A DNA stretch of 64,000 nt from Clostridium sp. CAG:1000 (GTDB lineage: Bacteria; Bacillota_I; Bacilli_A; RF39; UBA660), in assembly GCA_000436975.1 (NCBI GenBank), contig HG000345.1, positions 3,518 through 67,517 on the forward strand, given 5' to 3'. Numbering within the stretch: position 1 is the first letter of the stretch; the number at the start of each line of letters is the position of its first letter. The translations under genes were made by a program, and so were the position numbers. The notes below the pieces were generated by a model, which ran no database searches, was not told the origin of the DNA, and worked only from the letters and a program-made list of their open reading frames with translations. This document shows, in pieces, positions 1 to 7,573 of this stretch.

Positions 1-2415
1 TTCAATTTCTTGTTTACCATTAGTTCCAGAATCTTTAATTGCTTTTAATGTTTGCTCGTAGATTTTGCTCTCTGGAGAAACAATTTCACCTTCTCGTTTG
101 TTATCACCAATGATTGCTAATTGAGGGTTGTTTGCTTTTGCATAACCACCTTGGGCAAGTTTTGGAATTTTTGGAAAAAATGAAGGCAATTTTTTATTAA
201 CTTTATCAACAAAATTAGTATTTAACCATTTTTTTATCGATCCAGTAACTTCTCCTATCTTGATTTTTAAAGACAAAGATTTGTCTCCCCACCAAGACTT
301 AATATTACTCCACCAATCAGAAACCTTTTCTTTAGTGGTTTCAAACTTATTTTTTACAACTAGTTTTTTATCCCCCCACCAAGATTTCAAAGATGAATAC
401 CAATCAGAAACATGTTGCTTAGTAGTTTCCCACTTTGCTTGCACCTTTGGAGCAATATCTGAAAACCATGATTTAACGTCTTCCCATCTTTCTTTAAACC
501 ATTCTTTTTTAGATAAAATGCCTTCCCATAATCCTTCAATTATATATTTACCTAAATCTTTAAATATTTTACTAGGACTATGAATTTCAAATGCTTCTTT
601 AAAACCTTTTACAAAAGCTTCTTTAAATTCATTCCATTTTTCTTTTATCCAATTTCCAATTCCTAGAATACCTTCCCATAATCCTTCAATTATATTTTTT
701 CCAATTTCTTTAAGATCGATTTCAGAAAGCCATGTTTTGAAATCTTCCCATTTTTTAGGAACTGTTTCAGTGAAAAATTTTTTAATAGCATTTGGTGCAT
801 CGATTATTAAAAATTTAGCAATTTTACCATAAATTTTACCTATCAATTCACCTGTTTTTGAGGGCAAATCTTCAAAAAAGTTTAAAATCTTATTTTTCAA
901 TTTACTAAAATCTAATTTTTTAGTTGCTTTATCGTATTCTGGCGCTGTTTCTTTTGCAAACTTTCCTATTTTTGATAATATTTTTGAAATTGTATTAAGA
1001 GTATCCACTATTTCATCACCTGTCCATTTTGCAAGTGGTTTAAGAAAATTATCCCATAACCATTCTAGTTGTGGTTGCCAGTAATCAATTGCTCCACCTA
1101 ACCAGTCAATTGCTCCACTTAGTAAATTTAAAAAACTTGGTATTAATTTTTCAATTGAAAATTCTGCAAATGGCACTAATATATTAAAATAAAACCATTC
1201 TAGTCCTTTAAATAGACTTTTGTTAAATGGTTCCAAAGACTTTTTTAATTTCTTAAAAGAATTTATCAGTGGTCCAAAGTCAATTTTTGTTAATGGTTCA
1301 ATATATTTCTTAATATTATCAGAAGTTGCTTTTAATGCAGAATCAATAGGATTTTCAGTTTTTTTAATTGGGTGATTAGAAATTGTACCAGAACCGCCAC
1401 CCGTATTTGTTGAATTTTTATTTTTGTCATTATTAATTGTGTGTATCTCATCAAGCCCACTAAATGCTTTATTCATCTTTTTAGCAGAACTAACAGCATC
1501 TTTTGCAGCAGTCTTACTTGATTCACCAACACCAGCTATACTATTTGTTGTTTTTGATATTACATTCGGCATTTTTAACCCGAATGCACTCATAACCACT
1601 TGTATTTTTTCAAATAATTTTGTAATAGCAGTAATAGCAGTATTTATAACTGGTATAAATAATTGTGCTATTGGTGTTACAACCTTACCTATCGCAACTG
1701 TCATCTGATTAAAATTAAATTTTAATTGTTGAATTTGTCCTGCAAAAGTCTTTGTATAGTTTGCTGCATCTCCAACTTGAAATTTGGTTTCATTCATGAT
1801 GCCTTTATATTCTGCTTGAATCTTCTCCTGCTGTGTTAATGCAGTAGAAGATTTACCAACACTTTTAGCATATTCTTCCCACATTTTAGCTACATTCTTT
1901 GTAACGCCTGCATTATCTACAAGTATTGAATTTTCATTTTTTAAACCTTCAGTAGCAGTAACTACTGCTTCACCTAAATCATATGATGCTTGTCTACCAA
2001 AGGCAGCACTATCTTTTAGTCTAGTAAGAGTATCTTCAATTTGAGAAGTGTCATATCCTCTAGATAATAGATTTTTATATGCAGTAGCAGTCTCTTCTAT
2101 AGATACTAAACCATCAGCAGTATACTTTTTAATAAAATCTTGTGCTTCTGAAAATGAATTGCCAGTACCTTGTACAATACTATTTAAACCAGTGAATGCA
2201 CTTTGAACTTTGCTTGCACTATCAATGCATTTTTTCGTAAAATTAGCAACAGTTTTTACTGCAAAAGCACCAGCAACCAATGCTCCAATTTTTCCAAATG
2301 AACTTGAAAAAGCACTCTCGGTTCCCTTTACTTTATTGTTCAATTGTTTATCATAATTAGAAGAGTTTAATTTAAGTTCTAAATCAACTGCTGCTACATT
2401 CGTCGATTTTGCCAT
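1..2415 (-). CDS. tail tape measure protein, N-terminal ~805 codons (C-terminus beyond window start)
   Basis: ATG at 2415 lies behind GGAGGTGA (revcomp of 2419-2426). The frame stays open to position 1: no terminated minus ORF is reported here, only plus-strand shadow ORFs. Translation starts MAKSTNVAAVDLELK. It has an Ala/Gly/Ser-rich core and W-rich tandem repeats (IIEGLWEGIL x2, SDW..S.KSWWGDK x2), and sits directly after the tail chaperone pair. Confidence 0.85.
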   Translation of the reverse strand, partial: MAKSTNVAAVDLELKLNSSNYDKQLNNKVKGTESAFSSSFGKIGALVAGAFAVKTVANFTKKCIDSASKVQSAFTGLNSIVQGTGNSFSEAQDFIKKYTADGLVSIEETATAYKNLLSRGYDTSQIEDTLTRLKDSAAFGRQASYDLGEAVVTATEGLKNENSILVDNAGVTKNVAKMWEEYAKSVGKSSTALTQQEKIQAEYKGIMNETKFQVGDAANYTKTFAGQIQQLKFNFNQMTVAIGKVVTPIAQLFIPVINTAITAITKLFEKIQVVMSAFGLKMPNVISKTTNSIAGVGESSKTAAKDAVSSAKKMNKAFSGLDEIHTINNDKNKNSTNTGGGSGTISNHPIKKTENPIDSALKATSDNIKKYIEPLTKIDFGPLINSFKKLKKSLEPFNKSLFKGLEWFYFNILVPFAEFSIEKLIPSFLNLLSGAIDWLGGAIDYWQPQLEWLWDNFLKPLAKWTGDEIVDTLNTISKILSKIGKFAKETAPEYDKATKKLDFSKLKNKILNFFEDLPSKTGELIGKIYGKIAKFLIIDAPNAIKKFFTETVPKKWEDFKTWLSEIDLKEIGKNIIEGLWEGILGIGNWIKEKWNEFKEAFVKGFKEAFEIHSPSKIFKDLGKYIIEGLWEGILSKKEWFKERWEDVKSWFSDIAPKVQAKWETTKQHVSDWYSSLKSWWGDKKLVVKNKFETTKEKVSDWWSNIKSWWGDKSLSLKIKIGEVTGSIKKWLNTNFVDKVNKKLPSFFPKIPKLAQGGYAKANNPQLAIIGDNKREGEIVSPESKIYEQTLKAIKDSGTNGKQEIE

Positions 2416-2425
2416 ATTTCACCTC

Positions 2426-2737
2426 CTATCTAAATATTGAAGAAAATACTTTTGATATATCTTCTTTCTTTAATTCGATTTTTTGTTGCTTTTTATTTTT
2501 TAATTTAAACTGATTCCATTCATTCCTTATTTCTTTTTCTTTTTTTGTCATTTCACGAATTTTTTTAGAATCAGTTTCAGATCTAATTTGAACAACATAT
2601 CCAAGAGGTGTATCTCCATTTAGCCCACTCAATAATTGTCTAAATTCTTGACACGAAATTTGATCATATTCATAGTAAAGTCTTATTCCATATTGCTGGG
2701 CAAAACTAGATACAATTAAATCCCGGTCATATTCCAT
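2426..2737 (-). CDS. tail assembly chaperone, frameshift-extension (T) part; probably expressed as a G-T fusion with 2761..3096
   Basis: Lies between the chaperone G ORF and the tape measure. It is in the -1 frame relative to 2761..3096, with no stop between the slippery site and its ATG. Confidence 0.6.
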   Translation of the reverse strand: MEYDRDLIVSSFAQQYGIRLYYEYDQISCQEFRQLLSGLNGDTPLGYVVQIRSETDSKKIREMTKKEKEIRNEWNQFKLKNKKQQKIELKKEDISKVFSSIFR

Positions 2738-2760
2738 ATCGTAGAAAGTTTCCGGGATTA

Positions 2761-3096
2761 TTAGTTTTTTCTTGCTTGTTCCTTAGCGATTCGTTGTAGT
2801 TCTTTTGGATCATCACCAGTAATAGCACCCATAATGCAAAAACTTAAATATATTGATGATTCAACTGGTAAATCTAAATTAATCACTTCTAATGCATTCT
2901 CTTTGCCTAAAGCAAGTTCATAAATTTGATTAGTTTTTTCTTCTTCACTCAATTCTACATTGCTTTGAACTTTTTGTATTTTGTCAAATGTTTTTTGTCT
3001 GTTATCAACAGTGTATAGTTTATCTCCTATTTTTAATTGTGGTTGGTTATCTCCACTTAATATTTCTTTTGTAATTCCTGTATCTATAATTCTCAT
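2761..3096 (-). CDS. tail assembly chaperone (G-like)
   Basis: 111-aa acidic ORF between the major tail protein and the tape measure. It ends in the slippery heptamer. Confidence 0.65.
   Translation of the reverse strand: MRIIDTGITKEILSGDNQPQLKIGDKLYTVDNRQKTFDKIQKVQSNVELSEEEKTNQIYELALGKENALEVINLDLPVESSIYLSFCIMGAITGDDPKELQRIAKEQARKN
2764..2770 (-). promoter_or_regulatory. programmed -1 ribosomal frameshift slippery heptamer A_AAA_AAC
   Basis: The minus strand reads AGA AAA AAC TAA at the end of ORF 2761..3096. A -1 slip gives AAA AAA CTA ATA ATC CCG GAA ACT TTC TAC GAT ATG GAA, which runs without a stop into the frame of ORF 2426..2737. Confidence 0.6.
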
Positions 3097-3175
3097 AATT
3101 TGTTTTCCTTTCTTATATAAAAAAATAAGGGCAAAGATTTTTTATAAATCTTCACCCTCTATTTATTTGTTTAAA

Positions 3176-3622
3176 TTAACTAGCTGGTGTAAATGTAGGT
3201 TTTCCTTTACCTGTTAAATCACCGCTTAATGGTGCAACATCAGTAGCAGCACCTAATATGTCTGTTAAAGCAGTAACTGCTGTAAATTCTAATTTAGATC
3301 CATCTGGAAATTCAATTTGCCAGTCTGCTTCAGCAGATTTACCCATTTTATATCTTAAACTTTCAAGATAATCATTTCCAGTATCTCCTAATGTTCTCTT
3401 ACCACTAAATGAACCAGTTAATGCTTTTGCAGTTAGCAATGCATTTTGCCATCCACCATCTTTAATTGAATACCAAGTTTCAGTATTGTTTTCTAAACTT
3501 AAACTTACTTCTTCTAAATCTGCAATTTCGCTATAAACTGCTGGTTGATCACTTGCAGCAGATGTTTTAACTTTAACTTTGCATTCACTAACAGCATATT
3601 GTCCTACAGTAACTGTAGCCAT
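3176..3622 (-). CDS. major tail protein
   Basis: 148 aa with a strong RBS. It occupies the canonical position after the neck genes and before the chaperones. The Thr/Ser/Gly-rich beta-type sequence begins MATVTVGQYAVSECKVKV. Confidence 0.7.
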   Translation of the reverse strand: MATVTVGQYAVSECKVKVKTSAASDQPAVYSEIADLEEVSLSLENNTETWYSIKDGGWQNALLTAKALTGSFSGKRTLGDTGNDYLESLRYKMGKSAEADWQIEFPDGSKLEFTAVTALTDILGAATDVAPLSGDLTGKGKPTFTPAS

Positions 3623-3632
3623 TATTAATCAC

Positions 3633-4019
3633 TCACCTTTCTTCGTACGAATCAAATTCAATTGAATATTCATATACATTGTTATCATCAGTTCCCAAAC
3701 TAATAGGGTTTTCATATAGCATTTGAATAAATATTCTTTTTTCTTCAATAAAAAATGACTTCTCATTAAAGAAATCATATATTTTTTGTGCCATTATTTC
3801 GGCATCATTTTGGTTTTTAGTATATCTTAATAGAATAGTTATAGGTTTAATAGTTGTGGATTTATTTCTATTCCCCCCAATAATTCCAACATAAGGTTGT
3901 GTTCTTTTATCGTAGAAACAAATTGCTTTCTCTTTATTATTATCAATTTTTCCAATACTGATAGATTCAGTCCATTTGAAGTTATCTTTAAAATAATCTT
4001 TATATTGCTTTAATGTCAT
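3633..4019 (-). CDS. tail completion / tail terminator-like protein
   Basis: Synteny (immediately upstream of the major tail gene) and start/stop overlap with its neighbour. Confidence 0.5.
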   Translation of the reverse strand: MTLKQYKDYFKDNFKWTESISIGKIDNNKEKAICFYDKRTQPYVGIIGGNRNKSTTIKPITILLRYTKNQNDAEIMAQKIYDFFNEKSFFIEEKRIFIQMLYENPISLGTDDNNVYEYSIEFDSYEER

Positions 4020-4396
4020 TTTAATTTACCTTTCATAATTTTAGCAAATTTCTTTTTAGCAAAATCTTTTTTATTTCCATTAATGTATGATTCAAACCAT
4101 TCACCGCCTGCATTTTTGTTTTTATCTTTTCTAAAATTATATTCAGGATGCATATATAACCTTCTTGCATATGGTGTGTCTGATACAATGAATACTTTTC
4201 CACTATTCTTTTTAGAATCATCTACAAATGTACTTCTATTTTGCAGTTCTCCAGTATCAAATGGCATAGTTTGGCTTCTTTGCAAATCGCCTTTTACTGC
4301 ATCAGCAGTTTCTACTAATGATTGAACAGCAATTTGTTTGATCACAGCATTATTTTTTAAATTGATCTTGCCTTTTACTTTTGCATTTAATTTCAT
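4016..4396 (-). CDS. HK97 gp10-like neck/head-tail joining protein
   Basis: Synteny, overlapping stop/start with neighbours, and a PFDTGELQ motif typical of gp10-family proteins. Confidence 0.5.
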   Translation of the reverse strand: MKLNAKVKGKINLKNNAVIKQIAVQSLVETADAVKGDLQRSQTMPFDTGELQNRSTFVDDSKKNSGKVFIVSDTPYARRLYMHPEYNFRKDKNKNAGGEWFESYINGNKKDFAKKKFAKIMKGKLK

Positions 4397-4740
4397 TTTA
4401 TTTCAAACTCCGTATGATGAACTGTACCATTAGGATTTCTAGGCCTATAACCAGCATATATCTCATAACTATTGCCATTTATAGTAATAGCACCATCACT
4501 AACATTTTTTAATGATGGTGCTATATCACCTTTTATAATAACTTTTCCAAGTAAAGTAATTTGTTTACCTTCAGCATCAATAATTCTTTTTGCTTTTTCA
4601 CTGAATATACATTTACCACTTGTTTTTAAACCTTCAAGAGGACTTCCTTCTTCTGAAATTCCTTCTTGATTTAAAATAAGTGAATAATCAGTTTTTAATA
4701 GCCAGTCTGGAAAAGGTAATACACTAATTTTATTAGCCAT
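4393..4740 (-). CDS. head closure / head-tail adaptor protein
   Basis: Synteny in the SPP1/A118-like neck module; translationally coupled to both neighbours. Confidence 0.5.
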   Translation of the reverse strand: MANKISVLPFPDWLLKTDYSLILNQEGISEEGSPLEGLKTSGKCIFSEKAKRIIDAEGKQITLLGKVIIKGDIAPSLKNVSDGAITINGNSYEIYAGYRPRNPNGTVHHTEFEIK

Positions 4741-5126
4741 TATCTCAATTCGCTATCTAAACCAGTCTTATGAACATAATCATAAGCCATTTCAGACATG
4801 TTTTTCCTTTGTGCTATTGTTTTATTGCTATTAGAATTATCTACGCTTACAGATATGTCTAACACGCTATAAGAAGACACATCTCTATTATCTTCATTGT
4901 TATATCCATTTACATAGATATATTCTGCTTGATAACAAATTGCATCTTTTATCTTTTCTTGTTGGAATTTAGTTAAATTATTAAATCCTATTGCAACTAT
5001 TCTATTGAATGTTATACTATCAATTTTTTCTTGCGCTAATCTCAAATACTTTTCAATTTCATTTATTGGTACTTTATTACCTTTAAATTCATCAGAATAG
5101 TATTTTTTATCAAAATAAAGTGTCAT
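4740..5126 (-). CDS. head-tail connector protein (gp6-like)
   Basis: Synteny: it is the first neck gene after the capsid. 128 aa. Confidence 0.5.
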   Translation of the reverse strand: MTLYFDKKYYSDEFKGNKVPINEIEKYLRLAQEKIDSITFNRIVAIGFNNLTKFQQEKIKDAICYQAEYIYVNGYNNEDNRDVSSYSVLDISVSVDNSNSNKTIAQRKNMSEMAYDYVHKTGLDSELR

Positions 5127-5145
5127 ATTGCCACCTCCTAGATGG

Positions 5146-5298
5146 CTATTCTGCCACCATCTTATTTTTTTCTTTTTTAGGATTAGATTTATTGTCTTCT
5201 TTCATCTCTTCAAAATTAGGATTATTTCTTAATTTATCAATATAAAAGTTTAAGTTTTCAACAATAATCTTTCCAGTTTTCTTATTCTTGAACTTTGC
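5146..5298 (-). CDS. small Lys-rich hypothetical protein (start trimmed to MAKFKNKK)
   Basis: ORF-track ORF 5146..5346. The internal ATG at 5298 follows AAAGGATGATGAAA. No recognisable motif. Confidence 0.35.
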   Translation of the reverse strand, partial: AKFKNKKTGKIIVENLNFYIDKLRNNPNFEEMKEDNKSNPKKEKNKMVAE

Positions 5299-5389
5299 CA
5301 TTTTCATCATCCTTTTTAGGTTGATTTTTTGGTTCTTTCTTATCATCCTTTTTAGGTTGATTTTTTATAATTAATCCAACAGTTCTCAT
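5279..5389 (-). CDS. 36-aa repeat-containing small ORF (MRTVGLIIKNQPKKDDKKEPKNQPKKDDENGKVQE)
   Basis: ATG at 5389 is preceded by AGGAGGAAAAA, directly after the capsid stop. It contains the translated 25-nt direct repeat. It is below the ORF-track size cutoff and was read by eye. Confidence 0.3.
5306..5366. repeat. perfect 25-nt direct repeat atcatcctttttaggttgatttttt (5306-5330 and 5342-5366)
   Basis: Read directly from the sequence; the period is 36 nt. Confidence 0.9.
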
Positions 5390-5401
5390 TTTTTCCTCCT
5401 A

Positions 5402-6313
5402 TTATGCAGTTGGTGCTGCTTTATGATGTAAGTAGATTCCTGCTACTTTATTTTCATAAACATCAGCAAGTCCATATTTTCTGTAACCGAACTTCCAAGC
5501 ATCAGCATCTTGGTTTGCTTCTGGTGTTATTACTTTTGGTGCTATATGTTTATTGTATTGCATTACAGCATCCTTTTGAATAATCATGAAATTAATATCA
5601 GCACCGTTTGTATCTCCACTTTCAGAACCTTTAGCATGTCTCTTATATCCACCTTTAGTTTCACCACTAGATTTACCATCTAACATATCTATTGCAGTAT
5701 AGAATCTTGTTTGTGGAACTAAAATAACTTGTTCAAATCTAGATAATACTTCTTTTGATTTAGTAGTATCTAAGTCATCAATAAGTCCTTTTAATGTTGG
5801 AGTAATGAATAAGTATCTTCTTTCGTAAGTTACTTCATCCTCATCCATCTTATTTGTTGCAGTTCTTAAAGCATTAATTACATCAGCACCTGTTGATAGA
5901 GTAGCTGGTGTTGCAACCTTTGAAATACCACTTGTTCCAGCGTATGTAGCGAATCTAAACGCGTCACCTTCTGGAGCAACTTTAGTTCTGATAAATTCAC
6001 TTGCTAATTTACCATAAGCAATTCCAGCTGTTTCTTCATTGTCCATTGCATCAACACTGAACATTCTTCCTCTTTCATAATTGAATTTTACTGTTTCATT
6101 TGTCATAGTTACATCACCATTTGTGTAACCACTACTTCTATCATAATCTCCTAAAGCATCCATATCGATTTTAGGAATTATGATTTCATTTGCATTAGCT
6201 CCTTCTTGTGCTAGTGAAGAGTCACTATCTAATACTGAAGTTAACGCAGCTTGTTTGTACACTTCATCAAGTAAAGGTACATACTTTTTGAATTTTGTAA
6301 TATTATTTGCCAT
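5402..6313 (-). CDS. major capsid protein
   Basis: 303 aa, following the scaffold gene. The size and position are typical for SPP1/A118-like heads. Confidence 0.8.
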   Translation of the reverse strand: MANNITKFKKYVPLLDEVYKQAALTSVLDSDSSLAQEGANANEIIIPKIDMDALGDYDRSSGYTNGDVTMTNETVKFNYERGRMFSVDAMDNEETAGIAYGKLASEFIRTKVAPEGDAFRFATYAGTSGISKVATPATLSTGADVINALRTATNKMDEDEVTYERRYLFITPTLKGLIDDLDTTKSKEVLSRFEQVILVPQTRFYTAIDMLDGKSSGETKGGYKRHAKGSESGDTNGADINFMIIQKDAVMQYNKHIAPKVITPEANQDADAWKFGYRKYGLADVYENKVAGIYLHHKAAPTA

Positions 6314-6357
6314 TATAAATCATCTCCTTTTCCATTTTTGGCAATAAAAAATGAGAT

Positions 6358-6951
6358 TTATTTCAATCCCATTATTTTTCGCATCTCTGCAAGTTCATCT
6401 TTTTGTTCTTCTTTTCCGTCATCACCAATTTTATAACCTTTTTTATTTTCTTCAGTTTTTGAAATTAGTTCTGGAAAATCTTTTAATAGATCTTCAATTT
6501 CAGTATTTAGTTTGCTTTCATCTAAAGATCCATCTTTGTCAAGAATATTCTTTTTGTCTACGAGTCTAACTGCCCTAGTGATTTTTTCTTCCTTGACATT
6601 TTTTCTTAATAAAGCATTCTCAATCTTGGCATTAACTGCTTCAAGAGTTGCTTTTTCAGCTCTCTTAATAGCTTCTTGTGTTTTTTCATCAACACTTTTG
6701 TTTTTTTCTTCATCTTCTCTTGCTTTTGCAAGAATAGATTTAGCTTTTTCAACATCATCTATGCCTAAATCTTTTAATTGCTTTGCTAAAGCTTTTTGTT
6801 CGTTTTTTAAACTGATATCATTTAATTCTTTATCTGTGTACTTTTTTTCTTCTACTTTTTTATCAGTTTCTTTAGTTCCCTCATCTTTAGCATTCTTTGT
6901 AGTATCTTTTTCTTCTTCTACATTAGAAGTTTGAACATTGTCTTCGTTCAT
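6358..6951 (-). CDS. capsid scaffolding protein (start trimmed to MNEDNVQTS)
   Basis: Highly charged Lys/Glu-rich coiled-coil-like protein immediately upstream of the capsid gene. ATG at 6951 is preceded by AAAAGGAGAG. Confidence 0.75.
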   Translation of the reverse strand: MNEDNVQTSNVEEEKDTTKNAKDEGTKETDKKVEEKKYTDKELNDISLKNEQKALAKQLKDLGIDDVEKAKSILAKAREDEEKNKSVDEKTQEAIKRAEKATLEAVNAKIENALLRKNVKEEKITRAVRLVDKKNILDKDGSLDESKLNTEIEDLLKDFPELISKTEENKKGYKIGDDGKEEQKDELAEMRKIMGLK

Positions 6952-7030
6952 TTTTCTCTCCTTTTTCTTGTTGGATAAGGTCATCCACACTCCGTTTATT
7001 CGCTCCGGTCAAACGATATTTTAGTGCAAT

Positions 7031-7152
7031 AAAAAAGCCGATATTTCTACCAACTTAATGTTTATAAGCACTATAGAATAGATAATGTAGTCGGCTATCT
7101 AGCTCACCGTAGTAGTTTGTTATCTATTCTATGCTACTTATAAAGTAGCACT
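7031..7152 (-). promoter_or_regulatory. compound terminator/attenuator-like RNA structure inside the late operon
   Basis: Three elements on the minus strand. Hairpin GCTACTT/AAGTAGC at 7133-7150. A 13-bp perfect inverted repeat at 7073-7085 / 7120-7132. A GCCGA..CTAC / GTAG..TCGGC stem (7037-7050 / 7087-7095) followed by TTTTTT (plus-strand A-run 7031-7036). Confidence 0.45.
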
Positions 7153-7155
7153 TTA

Positions 7156-7290
7156 TTATTTTTTCTTATTTAATACGTTTACTATTTCTCTATTTTCTAA
7201 TCTTGTTTTTTCAAGCTCTAATCTTATTGCAGATAATACACACATTATAAAAAATAAAAAAATAGCAATTATTATTAGTATTGCTATCAT
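7156..7290 (-). CDS. 44-aa small membrane protein (MIAILIIIIAIFLFFIMCVLSAIRLELEKTRLENREIVNVLNKKK)
   Basis: ATG at 7290 follows AAAGGAAAAAAT. It has a single hydrophobic helix. It is below the ORF-track cutoff and was read by eye. Confidence 0.35.
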   Translation of the reverse strand: MIAILIIIAIFLFFIMCVLSAIRLELEKTRLENREIVNVLNKKK

Positions 7291-7336
7291 ATTTTTTCCT
7301 TTCTTAAAATCTAATTATTTTGTTAAGATAATCATT

Positions 7337-7573
7337 TTATATTTCAAAGTTTTCATAGTCCTCATCTTCTTTATATAAAATATGATAAGGAATTTTCAAT
7401 TTTATACATTTTTCTAATTGTTCAAAAAGATAATCATAATCATCACACAGTGCTGTAGTAAAATCATCATTATAACCAAAAATATTTTTATATTCTTTTT
7501 CAAGTTCGTTTAACCTTTTTAATTCTTTATCAGGTTCCTTTTTTTCTAATTTATCTAACCAATTTATATTCAT
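7337..7573 (-). CDS. small acidic protein, candidate immunity/partner of the MuF C-terminal domain
   Basis: 78 aa. Its start overlaps the stop of the MuF gene (ATGA-type coupling). Acidic and helical-looking. Confidence 0.55.
   Translation of the reverse strand: MNINWLDKLEKKEPDKELKRLNELEKEYKNIFGYNDDFTTALCDDYDYLFEQLEKCIKLKIPYHILYKEDEDYENFEI

Noticed and set aside
250-720. Tandem-looking DNA repeats (ccaccaaga..., ccttcccataatccttcaattat...)
   Set aside because: They translate in the minus frame to the W-rich repeats of the tape measure protein (SWWGDK, IIEGLWEGIL). They are coding repeats and not a CRISPR array or a regulatory array.
260-1708. Plus-strand ORFs 260..583 and 1424..1708
   Set aside because: They lie antisense inside the long open minus-strand tape measure frame. 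They have low-complexity Leu/Ser/Phe-rich translations and no RBS. They are shadow ORFs of an AT-rich gene.
4033-4325. Nested ORFs 4033..4221 (-) and 4083..4325 (+)
   Set aside because: They lie inside the gp10-like gene in alternative frames or strands and have no start signals.
6351-6934. Plus-strand ORFs 6351..6569 and 6512..6934
   Set aside because: They are antisense to the scaffolding gene. Their Ser/Phe/Leu-rich translations are typical of the complement of a Lys/Glu-rich gene.
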